DNA from: an uncultured Candidatus Rokubacteria bacterium
GTDB taxonomy: Bacteria; Methylomirabilota; Methylomirabilia; Rokubacteriales; CSP1-6
NCBI GenBank assembly: GCA_963771355.1
Contig: CAVYTA010000006.1
Coordinates: forward strand, 384,001-448,000
Length of the DNA stretch: 64,000 nucleotides
Direction: 5' to 3'
A model generated the notes under the pieces. It saw only the letters and a list, made by a program, of their open reading frames with translations. It made no database searches and was not told the DNA's origin. Position 1 is the stretch's first letter. Every line of letters begins with the position of its first letter. Position numbers and translations under genes: made by a program. Below, in pieces: positions 50,755 to 59,908 of this stretch.

Positions 50755-50765
50755 CAGCGAGGAGG

Positions 50766-51581
50766 TCAGAAGCCGAGAAAGTCCCGGAGCGCCGCCAGCA
50801 CCGCGTCGGGATTGTCCTCGTGCAGCGTGTGGACGGCCCGCGGGATCTCCACGAAGCGTCCCCGCGGCAGCGTCGTCGCCATGCGCTCTGCCACGTCGCG
50901 GTCGAGCACGGTGCTCTCCGCGCCGCGCAGCACCAGGGTCGGCGGGGTGACCGTCTTCAGCAGCCCCCACCAGTCGATCTCGCCGGTGAAGCGCCGCTCC
51001 TTGACGCTCGGATGCCAGGTCCAGATGAGCCGGCCGTCGGGGCGCGTCTTGAGGCTGGTGGTGGCGACCCAGCGGTAGTAGTGGATGCCGGGATAGGGAT
51101 TGCCGCGGTAGAGATGCTGGGCCGCCTGCTCCACGCTGTCCCAGCTCTCGGGCTCCGGCGGGCCGGATGACGGCTGGCTGGCGCGCTTGCTGATCTCGGG
51201 GCCGATGTCCACGATGACCAGCTTCTGCACCGCCTCCGGCCGCTTCGCGGTGAAGTAGATCGCGTTGCGCCCGCCCATGGAGAGCCCCACCAGGACGAGC
51301 GACGCGAGGCCGAGCTGCGCGGTCACGCCGGTGAGATCGTCGAAGGCGGTGATGGGGCCGTAGGTCTCGGCGGGATCGCTCTCGCCGTGACCACGCTGGT
51401 CCAGCGCATAGACGTGGAAGTGCGGCTGCAGCGCGAGGCTCAGCGTGTCCCAGGCATGGGCGTGTCCGGTGAAGCCGTGCAGGAGGAGGAGCGGCGTGCG
51501 CCCTTCCCCGCCCCAGTCCAGGCAGTGCAGGCGCAGGCCATTGACGGTCAGATAGCGATCGGCCGGCCGGAGGAGGTTCAT
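50766..51581 (-). CDS. Alpha/beta hydrolase
   Basis: LLLHGF, DQRGHGES, GLSMGG, VDIGP and H..HEDNP motifs. Confidence 0.92.
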   Translation of the reverse strand: MNLLRPADRYLTVNGLRLHCLDWGGEGRTPLLLLHGFTGHAHAWDTLSLALQPHFHVYALDQRGHGESDPAETYGPITAFDDLTGVTAQLGLASLVLVGLSMGGRNAIYFTAKRPEAVQKLVIVDIGPEISKRASQPSSGPPEPESWDSVEQAAQHLYRGNPYPGIHYYRWVATTSLKTRPDGRLIWTWHPSVKERRFTGEIDWWGLLKTVTPPTLVLRGAESTVLDRDVAERMATTLPRGRFVEIPRAVHTLHEDNPDAVLAALRDFLGF

Positions 51582-51705
51582 GCGCTGGGCCAAGAGTAGC
51601 GGGGCGGGGAGGAGGAATCAAGGGTGCGATTGGCCTCCCGCGCGTCGCGTGCTAGACTCCCGCGCGTCGGGTTTGCCGCGGCCCGCGCCGCGAGGGGAGG
51701 ACGCC

Positions 51706-53211
51706 ATGAGGCTCCTGAGCGACGACGAGCTGCGGGCTCTCGAACCGGCCGAGACGGCGGCCTTTGCGGGGCCGGTTCCCACCCAGATCGTGTCGAGCGA
51801 CGAGTATTTTCCCTCGCCCCAGAGCGCCGAGCAGCGGCGCGTCCAGACGCGCGTCGAGGCGCTGGGCGACGAGCTCGGTCGCAGGCGGGGACTCTCCCGC
51901 CGCGCCTTCTTCCGCACCGCCGGCGGGATGGCGGCGGCCTACGTGGCCATGAACGAGGTGTTCGGGCCCTTCTTCGACGCGAGCCTGGCCGAGGCCGCCG
52001 ACAAGGACCTGGCGGCGGAGCGCGCCAGGGGGCTCGCCGGACAGTTCGTGATGGACACCCACACGCATTTCCTCCGCGACGACACGCGCCTCGAGGGCTT
52101 CGTGCGCCAGCGCGAGGCGGTCGGACGGGCCGGGTGGAATCCCGGCCTCGCCACTAAGCCGCAGACACTTGAGGATCTGAAGTTCGACAATTACTTCAAG
52201 GAGATATTCCTCGACTCGGACACCAAGGTCGCGCTCGTCTCGGGCGCGCCCTCCGAGGTGCCGCAGGACTGGTTCCTCACCAATGACATGGCGGTGGAAG
52301 CGCGCGCCAAGGTGAACGCGCGGCTCGGCGCGCGGCGACTCATGGCGCATGCGATCTTCACGCCCGGCTATCCCGGCTGGCTGGAGGAAGTGGACCGCGC
52401 GATCACCCAGCTCAAGCCCGACTCTTTCAAGGGCTACACCATCGGCGACAACACCCACAAGGACAAGAGCCAGCACCCGTGGCGGATGGACGACGAGAAG
52501 CTCGTCTACCCGGCCTACGAGAAGATGCTGAAGGCGGGCCTCGTCAACGTCTGCGTCCACAAGGGGCTCTTCCCGCCGTCGCTGGACCAGCGCTTCCCGA
52601 GCCTCCGGCCCTTCTGCGATGTGCGGGACGTGGGCAAGGCGGCGAAGGACTGGCCCGGGCTCAACTTCATCATCTACCACGGCGCCTATCGGTTCCCGGG
52701 AGGCGGCAACCCGGCGGACGCCCTCGCCCAGTTCGACCGCGAGGGCCGCGTGGACTGGGTCACCGATCTCGCCGAGATCCCCGCGAAGCATGGGGTCGGC
52801 AATGTCTACGCCGATCTGGGCCAGCTCTTCGCCCAGACCACGGTGGCGCAGCCACGCCTGGCCGCCGCCCTCATGGGCACGCTGGTCCGCGGCATGGGCG
52901 CGGATCACGTCATCTGGGGCACGGACGCCGTGTGGACGGGGGCGCCCCAGTGGCAGATCGAGGGGCTGCGGCGCCTGGAGATCCCGGAGGACATGCGAAA
53001 GGCCCACGGCTTCGCGCCGCTGGGCGCCGCCGACGGGCCGGTCAAGCGGGCGATCCTGGGCGAGAACGTCGCGCGCCTCTACGGGTTCCGGCGCGAGGCC
53101 GAGCTGGGCCAGCCCGGCGACCGGCTCGCCGCGCTCAAGGCCGACTACGAGGCGGCGGGCGGCGGACGCTCGAACCTCCGCTACGGGTACGTCCTGCCCT
53201 CACGCGCCTGA
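51706..53211 (+). CDS. Amidohydrolase_2 family protein with an internal twin-arginine-like segment
   Basis: MDTHTH, KGY, CVHKG, IIYHG and WGTD motifs; SRRAFF near residue 63; SD GGGGAGG. Confidence 0.88.
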   Translation: MRLLSDDELRALEPAETAAFAGPVPTQIVSSDEYFPSPQSAEQRRVQTRVEALGDELGRRRGLSRRAFFRTAGGMAAAYVAMNEVFGPFFDASLAEAADKDLAAERARGLAGQFVMDTHTHFLRDDTRLEGFVRQREAVGRAGWNPGLATKPQTLEDLKFDNYFKEIFLDSDTKVALVSGAPSEVPQDWFLTNDMAVEARAKVNARLGARRLMAHAIFTPGYPGWLEEVDRAITQLKPDSFKGYTIGDNTHKDKSQHPWRMDDEKLVYPAYEKMLKAGLVNVCVHKGLFPPSLDQRFPSLRPFCDVRDVGKAAKDWPGLNFIIYHGAYRFPGGGNPADALAQFDREGRVDWVTDLAEIPAKHGVGNVYADLGQLFAQTTVAQPRLAAALMGTLVRGMGADHVIWGTDAVWTGAPQWQIEGLRRLEIPEDMRKAHGFAPLGAADGPVKRAILGENVARLYGFRREAELGQPGDRLAALKADYEAAGGGRSNLRYGYVLPSRA

Positions 53212-54882
53212 GCGGCGCGCGGCCGTCGCGGGGGTGGGGAGCTCGTCGGGATCGATGGGGATCTCGATGACCGCGGGCTTGCCCGCGGCGAAGGCCGCGC
53301 GGACCGCGTCGCCGATCTGATCCGGCTTCTCGACGTAGTAGCCCTCCGCCCCGAACAGTCGCGCGAGCTGGTCATAGCGCGGGTTGCCGATATCGCAGCC
53401 GATGTAGCGCCCGCCGTAGAACGCCCGCTGATAGGCCTTCTCCGAGCCCCAGCAGTTGTTGTTCATGACGAGCGTCACCGCGTTGATGTGGTGGCGCACC
53501 GCCGTCTCCAGCTCCTGGACGTTCATGAGAAAGCCCCCGTCGCCGTGGATGGCGAGGACCGGCGCCTCGGGCCGCCCGAGCTTGGCGCCCAGCGCCACCG
53601 GGAAGGCGAAGCCGAGGCCGCCGAGATCCAGGGGGGTGAGGAAGGTGCGGGGCCGCGCGAAGGCCAGGCGGTCATAGCCGTAGGCGGGGGCCGCGCCCGC
53701 GTCGAGCGTGACGATGGTGTCGGGCGGCAGCGCCCTCCGCAGCTCCGCGTAGACGCGCTGGGGCTTGAGCGGTTGCGTGTCGAGGCGGCCTTCCGCCTCG
53801 AGCCGAGCCTGGCGCTGGCGCCGCAGGGCGTCCACGTCTTCCCGCCAGCGCGCGCGGTCGGCCGAGCCGCCGTCGCGGGCGAGGCGGTCCGCCAGCGCGA
53901 CGCAGGTGAGGCGGGCGTCCGCCTGCATGCCGACCGCGACCGGATAGTGGCGGCCGATCTCCCGCGCGTCGAGGTCGACGTGGATGAGGGCGGTCTCGGG
54001 ACGAATGGCGCGGTCGTCGAAGTGGCTCGTGAACTGACCGAGCCGCGTGCCGATGGCGAGGAGGACGTCGGCGTGACGGCAGGCGGAGGCGGCCTCCGGC
54101 GCGCCCGCGCGGCCGAGTGGCCCCAGGTAGAGCGGATGCGCGTTCGGCACCGCGTCGTTCCGCCCATAGGCGGTGATCATCGGAATGCCGTGGCGCTCGG
54201 CGAGCTGGACCACCAGGTCGCCGGCTTCCGCGCGCGTGACGCCGCCGCCCACGAGGAGCAGCGGCCGCTCCGCCCGGCGCAGGAAACCCGCCGCCGCCTC
54301 CACCGCGTCCGGATGCGGCGGCAGAGGCGCGGTGACGCGATACGCCGCGGGCGCTATCAGCGAAAGATCCAGCGTCTGGTCGTTGAGCACGTCGCGCGGG
54401 ATCTCGACCAGGACGGGACCGCGGCGCCCGGTCATGGCCGCGCGCAGCGCGGTGCGGAGCAGCTCGGGAATGCGTGCGGCCCGCGTCACCTGCAAGGCGA
54501 GCTTGGTGACGGGTCGAAACATGCCGACGAGATCGTATTCCTGGAAGGCGTCCTTGCCCTGATGGTCGAGGGACACGCCGCCCACCAGCACCACCACCGG
54601 GGAGTGGGCCACGTGCGCGGCGGCCACCCCGGTGAGGAGGTTGGTGGCGCCGGGGCCGCTGGTGACGAGGCAGACGCCGGGGAGATCGGTCACGCGGGCG
54701 AGGCCGTCGGCCATGAAAGCGGCCGCCTGCTCGTGGCGCACGTTGATGTACTCCACGCTCCGGTCGTCGTAGAGGGCGTCGAGCACGTCGAGAAAGGTGG
54801 CGCCGACGATCCCGAAGATGTGGCGGACACCCTCCGCCTTGAGGAGCTCGACGACGGCGCGGCCGCCGGTCATGTCCGCCAT
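53200..54882 (-). CDS. Thiamine pyrophosphate-binding enzyme (acetolactate synthase-like; resembles sulfoacetaldehyde acetyltransferase)
   Basis: VRHEQ.AAFMAD, TSGPGATN, FQE.D and GDGGF..NN.CWGSEK motifs. Confidence 0.88.
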   Translation of the reverse strand: MADMTGGRAVVELLKAEGVRHIFGIVGATFLDVLDALYDDRSVEYINVRHEQAAAFMADGLARVTDLPGVCLVTSGPGATNLLTGVAAAHVAHSPVVVLVGGVSLDHQGKDAFQEYDLVGMFRPVTKLALQVTRAARIPELLRTALRAAMTGRRGPVLVEIPRDVLNDQTLDLSLIAPAAYRVTAPLPPHPDAVEAAAGFLRRAERPLLLVGGGVTRAEAGDLVVQLAERHGIPMITAYGRNDAVPNAHPLYLGPLGRAGAPEAASACRHADVLLAIGTRLGQFTSHFDDRAIRPETALIHVDLDAREIGRHYPVAVGMQADARLTCVALADRLARDGGSADRARWREDVDALRRQRQARLEAEGRLDTQPLKPQRVYAELRRALPPDTIVTLDAGAAPAYGYDRLAFARPRTFLTPLDLGGLGFAFPVALGAKLGRPEAPVLAIHGDGGFLMNVQELETAVRHHINAVTLVMNNNCWGSEKAYQRAFYGGRYIGCDIGNPRYDQLARLFGAEGYYVEKPDQIGDAVRAAFAAGKPAVIEIPIDPDELPTPATAARRSGA

Positions 54883-54975
54883 TCGCGAAAGCATACAAGG
54901 AATGCGTCGGCGTGTCATGGGGGCGCCCGCGTTGGACGAAGCATGCGCCTGAAGGATGGTAGAGTGCTGGCGGTG

Positions 54976-55013
54976 TGCAGATCGCCCCAAGAGATGCAGA
55001 TCGCCCCAAGAGA
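54976..55013. repeat. 19-bp perfect tandem duplication (TGCAGATCGCCCCAAGAGA x2)
   Basis: Copies at 54976-54994 and 54995-55013, just upstream of the RBS of the 55026 gene. Confidence 0.95.
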
Positions 55014-55025
55014 AAGGTGGGAGCC

Positions 55026-55949
55026 ATGAGAAGAGCAATCGTGATGACACTCGCGCTGGCGGCGTCTCTCGCGTCTGGATGCGCGGGCAGCGCTCCGACG
55101 CCGGCCATGCAGGACGTGAAGCCGCTCCGGGTGGTCTCGGAGCAGACCGCCACGGGCTTCGCGTTCCCTGAGTCGGTGGCCTACGACCCCCGGGCCAAGG
55201 TCCTCTATGTCAGCGAGTTCGGCTCCGAGCTGAAGCCGGCCGAGAAGGACGGCAAGGGGCGGATCAGCCGGGTGTCGCTGACGGGACAGATCCTGGACAA
55301 GCAGTTCCTTCCCGGCCCCGGCGGAGAGGTCCTCAACAAGCCCAAGGGAATCTGGATCCAGGGCAACCGGCTCTGGGTCACGGATATCGACGTGGTGTGG
55401 ATCTTCGACCTGACGAACCGCCGCAGCAAGAAGCTCGCGCTGCCCGGCGCCCAGTTCGCCAATGACCCCGCCGTCAGCAAGGGAGCGCTCTACGTCAGCG
55501 ATAACCGTGCGGACCAGCTCTTCCGGGTGGAGCCGGCCGACTTCCTCGAGACGAGCACGCCTCCCAAGGTCACCCGCGTCTTTCAGGGCAAGGGGATCAA
55601 TCCCAACGGCGTCTACCCGGCCCGGGACGGCTCCCTCCTGATCGTCGGGATCATGTCGGCCGAGCAACCGCGCGGCATCTACTCGCTCGGCGCCGGCGAC
55701 GAGGTCAAGACCTTGGCCACGGGCCTCGGCCGGCTGGACGGCCTCTATCAGATGGACGACGGGACCCTGCTGGTCACGGACTGGGGCTCGGGGTCGCTCC
55801 TTCGCTGGAGCGCGACGGGCACCGAGACGCTGGCAAAAGGCTTCAAGGGTCCGGCGGACTTCTGCGTGATTCCGGAGGGGAATGGGTTCCTGGTGGTGGT
55901 GCCGGATCTGGTGCAGGGCGAGCTGCGGATGGTGCGGCTCGCGCGGTAG
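55026..55949 (+). CDS. SMP-30/gluconolactonase-like beta-propeller lipoprotein
   Basis: Lipobox LASG-C; PESV, LN.PKG, FAND, PNG, LDG and GPAD motifs. Confidence 0.82.
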   Translation: MRRAIVMTLALAASLASGCAGSAPTPAMQDVKPLRVVSEQTATGFAFPESVAYDPRAKVLYVSEFGSELKPAEKDGKGRISRVSLTGQILDKQFLPGPGGEVLNKPKGIWIQGNRLWVTDIDVVWIFDLTNRRSKKLALPGAQFANDPAVSKGALYVSDNRADQLFRVEPADFLETSTPPKVTRVFQGKGINPNGVYPARDGSLLIVGIMSAEQPRGIYSLGAGDEVKTLATGLGRLDGLYQMDDGTLLVTDWGSGSLLRWSATGTETLAKGFKGPADFCVIPEGNGFLVVVPDLVQGELRMVRLAR

Positions 55950-55984
55950 CGCGCCCGCCGAGCGCATCCGCGGGTGCGCGTCCG

Positions 55985-56761
55985 TCAGTGCATGATGACG
56001 CCGCCGGTCACGTTCAGCGCCTGACCGGTCATGTAGCCCGCGCGCGCGGAGGCGAGGAAGCCGATCACGCTGGCCACGTCCTCCGCGCGCTCCATGCGGC
56101 CCAGCGGGATCTGGGCCTCGCGCTGGCGGGTGAACTCCTCGGGCGAGAGGCCGAGGAGCTTGCCCTGCTCGCGCGCCACCATGGTCCACATGTCGGTCTC
56201 GACGAAGCCGGGGCAGACGCAGTTCACCCGGATCCCGTCGGCGGCGTGGGCAAGGGCCAGGCTCTTGGTGATGCTGACCACGGCGGCCTTGCTCGCGTTG
56301 TAGGGCAGGTTCGTCTTGCTGCCGACCTTGCCCGCCAGGGAGGCGAGGTTGACGATGCACCCGCGTTTGCGCTCGATCATGACGGGCAGTACCGCCTGGC
56401 AGGCGAAGAAGAGCGCCCGGGCATTGATGCCGAGGACGGCGTCCCAGTGCTCCTCGGTGACTTCCAGCGTGGCCGCCGCGCGGTAGATCCCGGCATTGTT
56501 GACGAGGATGTCGATCGACCCCAGATCGGCGAGGGTCCGGGCCACCATGGACTCCAGATCCCCGCGGCGGGTCACGTCGGTGGCGAGGGCGACGGCGCGG
56601 CGGCCGGTGGCCTTCACCTCGCCGGCGGTGCGCTCGGCCCCGGCCTTGTCGAGCTCGGCGACCACGATGTCCGCGCCGAGGCGGGCCAGCTCGAGCGCGG
56701 TGGCCCGCCCGATGCCGCGTCCCCCGCCGGTGACGATGGCGACCTGTCCGGCCAGCTCCAT
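55985..56761 (-). CDS. SDR family oxidoreductase
   Basis: TGGGRGIG, LVNNAG, YNASK and VNCVCPG motifs. Confidence 0.95.
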   Translation of the reverse strand: MELAGQVAIVTGGGRGIGRATALELARLGADIVVAELDKAGAERTAGEVKATGRRAVALATDVTRRGDLESMVARTLADLGSIDILVNNAGIYRAAATLEVTEEHWDAVLGINARALFFACQAVLPVMIERKRGCIVNLASLAGKVGSKTNLPYNASKAAVVSITKSLALAHAADGIRVNCVCPGFVETDMWTMVAREQGKLLGLSPEEFTRQREAQIPLGRMERAEDVASVIGFLASARAGYMTGQALNVTGGVIMH

Positions 56762-56800
56762 GGCGATTCTCCTCTCGGGGTGTGAGGACGCGGAGAGCGG

Positions 56801-57803
56801 CTAGGCCGCGCCCGGCATGATGACGGTCTTGGCGCCGCGGCCCGCGGTGGCGTGGGCGAAGGCCTCGCTCGATCCGCTCCAGGGGGAAGCGGCCGGTCAC
56901 GAGGCGCTTGAGGCCCAGCTTCGGCAGGAGCGCCAGCGCGCGGCGGAAGGCGGTGCCCCGGCCATAGGCGCCGTGGATGCTGATCTCGCGAAAGTGCACG
57001 TCGAAGAGATCCAGCGGCAGGCGGCTGCCCTTGGGATTGACTCCGACGAGCTGGACGACGCCGGTGGGCCTGACCAGCCGCAACGCCTCGACGACCAGCT
57101 CCGGCTTGCCCACCGCCTCGCAGACCACGTCGACGCCGCGCCCCTTGGTGAGCTCGCGCATCCGCTCGTCCAGGCTCTCGCGGGTGGGATCGATGACTAC
57201 CTGCGCGCCCAGCTTGCGCGCGATGGCGCGCCGCTCCGGGATCGGGTCCGACAGGATCAGGCGCTTCGCCCCGCGCGTCTTGGCCATGGCCATGGTGATG
57301 AGGCCCATGATGCCGCCGCCGATCACCAGCACCGTGGCGTCGCGCGGCATCCGGTACATCTCGAGCCCCGACAGGCAGCAGGCGGCGGGCTCCGCGAGCG
57401 CGGCGGTGACGGGGTCGAGCCCGCGGGGCAGGGGATGCGTGCAGGAGAGCGGCAGCGCCACCCGCTCGGCGAAGCCGCCCACGCGCGTGGCGCGCGGGCA
57501 CTGGGAGATGCGGCGGTTGGCGCAGGCCGGGCATTGGCCGCAGCCGTAGGAGGGCTCGCAGGCGACCGCCTTGCCGATGAGCCGGCGGCTCACGCCCCGG
57601 CCGACGTCGCGGACGATGCCGCTGTACTCATGGCCCATGATGAGCGGCGGCGTCCACGGGAACAGCCCCTGGGTGGCATGGATGTCGGTGCCGCAGATCC
57701 CGGCGGCGTGCACGTCCACCACCACCTGCCCGGGGGCCGCCACGGGCTCGGGCGCATCGTCCACGGTGAAGCGGTCGGCCCCGCGCCAGGTCGCAACTTT
57801 CAT
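56801..57803 (-). CDS. Zn-dependent dehydrogenase (threonine/sorbitol dehydrogenase-like); +1 frameshift near 56868
   Basis: GICGTD, GHE, CGQCPAC..C, EP and GGGIMG motifs; removing one base gives the typical end I.EAFAHATAGRGAKTVIMPGAA with TAG at 56801-56803. Confidence 0.87.
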
Positions 57804-58075
57804 GGGGCCTCTCCGTGGGTGCCGCCGCCCTCCATGGGAGAGAGAATCATCACCTCGGCGGAGTCGGGGAGCGGCGTGTCCGGGGTGGCGATCTCGCCGT
57901 TCACCGCCACGGTGGCGTCGGCGGCGGCATCGATGCCGATGACGTCGAGGAGGTCGGTCACCCGCGCCCGCGGGGGCAGCGCATAGCGCTGCGGCCCCAC
58001 CGCCCCCGGCGGGAGAAAGCGCCGGAAGCCGGCGAAGAACGTCACGCGGACGGTGACGATGCCCCCCGCCGTCAC
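57800..58075 (-). CDS. MoaD/ThiS family ubiquitin-like protein with a C-terminal extension after GG
   Basis: VRVTFFA..R, V.DLL..IGI, VAVNG and V.I.SP.EGG followed by GTHGEAP; 4-nt overlaps with both neighbours. Confidence 0.8.
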   Translation of the reverse strand: MTAGGIVTVRVTFFAGFRRFLPPGAVGPQRYALPPRARVTDLLDVIGIDAAADATVAVNGEIATPDTPLPDSAEVMILSPMEGGGTHGEAP

Positions 58076-59688
58076 CGATCCAGCCACACGTCCTGCATGC
58101 GCCCGTAGTTGTAGAGGGCGTTGTGGGGCACGAGGTTCTTCACGTGCGGGTAGTGCGCGAAGTATTCCTTGCGCCAGCCGAGCATGGGCCGGGCCACGTC
58201 GGCCTCGAGCTTCTTCTGGATTTCGAGCACGAGGCGGAGACGCTTGGCGCGGTCCAGCTCCTGGGACTGCTGGTCGATGAGCCGGTCCGTCTCCTCGCTG
58301 CAATAGTCCGTGTAGTTCCGGGAAGATCCGCACTTGTAGTTCTCCACGAAATACGCGTCGGGATCGTCGAAGCCGCCGGCGGTGAGATTGGCCCCGATCT
58401 GGTAGTCCCGCCGGGCCAGGGTCGGGAACCACGCCGCCGAGTCCATCTGCTTCACGGTGGCCTCGATGCCGATCTGGTGGAGCTGGTCGGCCACGAAGGA
58501 CGCCACGTCGAGATAGATGGAGAGGGTGCGGGTGGCCAGCTCCACGCGGAGCGGCTTGCCGCCGGGCCCGAAGCCGGCGGCGGCGAGGAGACGGCGGGCC
58601 TCCGCCTTGTCGGCGGCGCTGTTCCGGTAGCCGGGCAGCGTCTTCAAGTCCGGATCGGAGAGCCCCCAGATCCCCAGGGGCTTCGGCATCAGGCCTGCCC
58701 CCACTACCGCGCCCCCGTGGCGCACGCTCTGGACATAGCCGTGCCGGTCCATGGCGAGGCTCACCGCGCGGCGCACCGCGGGATTGTCGAAGGGCGGGCG
58801 CTTGTGGTTGATCACCACGTTGTCGCTGCCGTTCTGGCCCACCTCGGTGATGACCAGGGACGGCGCGCTCTTCTTCGCCGCCTCGGCCATCGCCTTGGTC
58901 ATCTCCAGCGGCACGAAGGCGTCGAGACGCCCGGCCTGGAGGGCGGCGAGACGGGTGCCGCGCTCGGTGATGACGGTGTAGCGGATGCCGTCGAGATAGG
59001 GCCGGTCGGGGATGAAGTAGTCCGGATTTCGCTCCAGCTCCACGGACTGCCCGCGCAGCCACTCCTTGAACCGGAAGGGCCCGCTACCCAGGCACTTCTG
59101 GCGCAGCTCACCGAGCGCTACATGCGCCGGGTAGACCGGGGAGTAACCCGAGGCGAGCATGAGCAGGAGCGACGGCTGCGGGCGCTTGAGCCGGAACACC
59201 ACCGTATGCGGCTCCGGCGCCTCGATGGCCTCCACATTGGCCCACCAGTCCTTCCGGGGGCTGAGGCGGAACTTCACCGGCGCCTCGGGCGCCTCGCGCG
59301 CCACGTCGAAGGTGTACTTCACGTCGCGCGAGGTGAGCGGCTTGCCGTCGTGCCACTTCACGTTCTTCCGCAGGAAGAAGACGAGATTGCGGTAGTTGTC
59401 CTGCCAGGACCAGCGCTCGGCGAGCTCGGGAATGACGGTGTCGGCGCTCTCCAGCGGCTTGAGCGGGTGGAAGAGGACGAGGTTCGAGTAGCACGGCGAC
59501 ATGGGCCAGACATTGGAGACGGTGGCCGACTCGTGGGCGATGAGCCCCGGCGGGTCCTCGATGAGCACGGCCTGGAGCACGCCGCCTTTCTTCGGGGTCT
59601 GGCTCTCGGCGGACGGGCAGATCCCGGCGAGGAGAGCGAGGACGAAGGAGAGGCCCAGCGCGAGGGAAAGGGGGCGGGGCATGGTCAT
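58072..59688 (-). CDS. ABC transporter substrate-binding protein, family 5
   Basis: Signal peptide; PELAERW, KWHDGKP.TS.DVKYT, GSGPF and PFDN..VRRA..LAMDR motifs. Confidence 0.93.
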   Translation of the reverse strand: MTMPRPLSLALGLSFVLALLAGICPSAESQTPKKGGVLQAVLIEDPPGLIAHESATVSNVWPMSPCYSNLVLFHPLKPLESADTVIPELAERWSWQDNYRNLVFFLRKNVKWHDGKPLTSRDVKYTFDVAREAPEAPVKFRLSPRKDWWANVEAIEAPEPHTVVFRLKRPQPSLLLMLASGYSPVYPAHVALGELRQKCLGSGPFRFKEWLRGQSVELERNPDYFIPDRPYLDGIRYTVITERGTRLAALQAGRLDAFVPLEMTKAMAEAAKKSAPSLVITEVGQNGSDNVVINHKRPPFDNPAVRRAVSLAMDRHGYVQSVRHGGAVVGAGLMPKPLGIWGLSDPDLKTLPGYRNSAADKAEARRLLAAAGFGPGGKPLRVELATRTLSIYLDVASFVADQLHQIGIEATVKQMDSAAWFPTLARRDYQIGANLTAGGFDDPDAYFVENYKCGSSRNYTDYCSEETDRLIDQQSQELDRAKRLRLVLEIQKKLEADVARPMLGWRKEYFAHYPHVKNLVPHNALYNYGRMQDVWLDR

Positions 59689-59692
59689 GGGG

Positions 59693-59908
59693 TCAGATGG
59701 TGAAGCGGCGCCGGAACACGCGCCTGATGAGATACGGGTTGGCGCCGAGCTCGTAGAGCTTGCCGATGTCGCCGGCGCTGAGGGCGGTCCGCTCGGCGTC
59801 GCTGAGCGCGTGGCCGGCCATGTCCTCCTCGGTCAGGCGCTCCTTCATCTGGTGCTGGCGCGCGATCGTGGTGAGCAGCTTGTTGAGCGCATAGGAGATG
59901 GCGATCAC
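59693..59908 (-). CDS. Extradiol ring-cleavage dioxygenase small subunit, LigA-like (71 aa)
   Basis: YALNKLL, LSDAER.AL..GD..KLY.LGANPY; GTGA overlap with the LigB-like stop. Confidence 0.8.
   Translation of the reverse strand: MIAISYALNKLLTTIARQHQMKERLTEEDMAGHALSDAERTALSAGDIGKLYELGANPYLIRRVFRRRFTI

Noticed and set aside
55962..55979. Hairpin GCGCATC-CGCG-GGTGCGC between convergent genes
   Set aside because: Plausible terminator but short, with no U tract; not distinguishable from chance at this GC content
54915..57803. Apparent 962-aa dehydrogenase fusion
   Set aside because: Caused by the +1 frameshift near 56868; the sequence beyond it is out-of-frame read-through across the SDR gene
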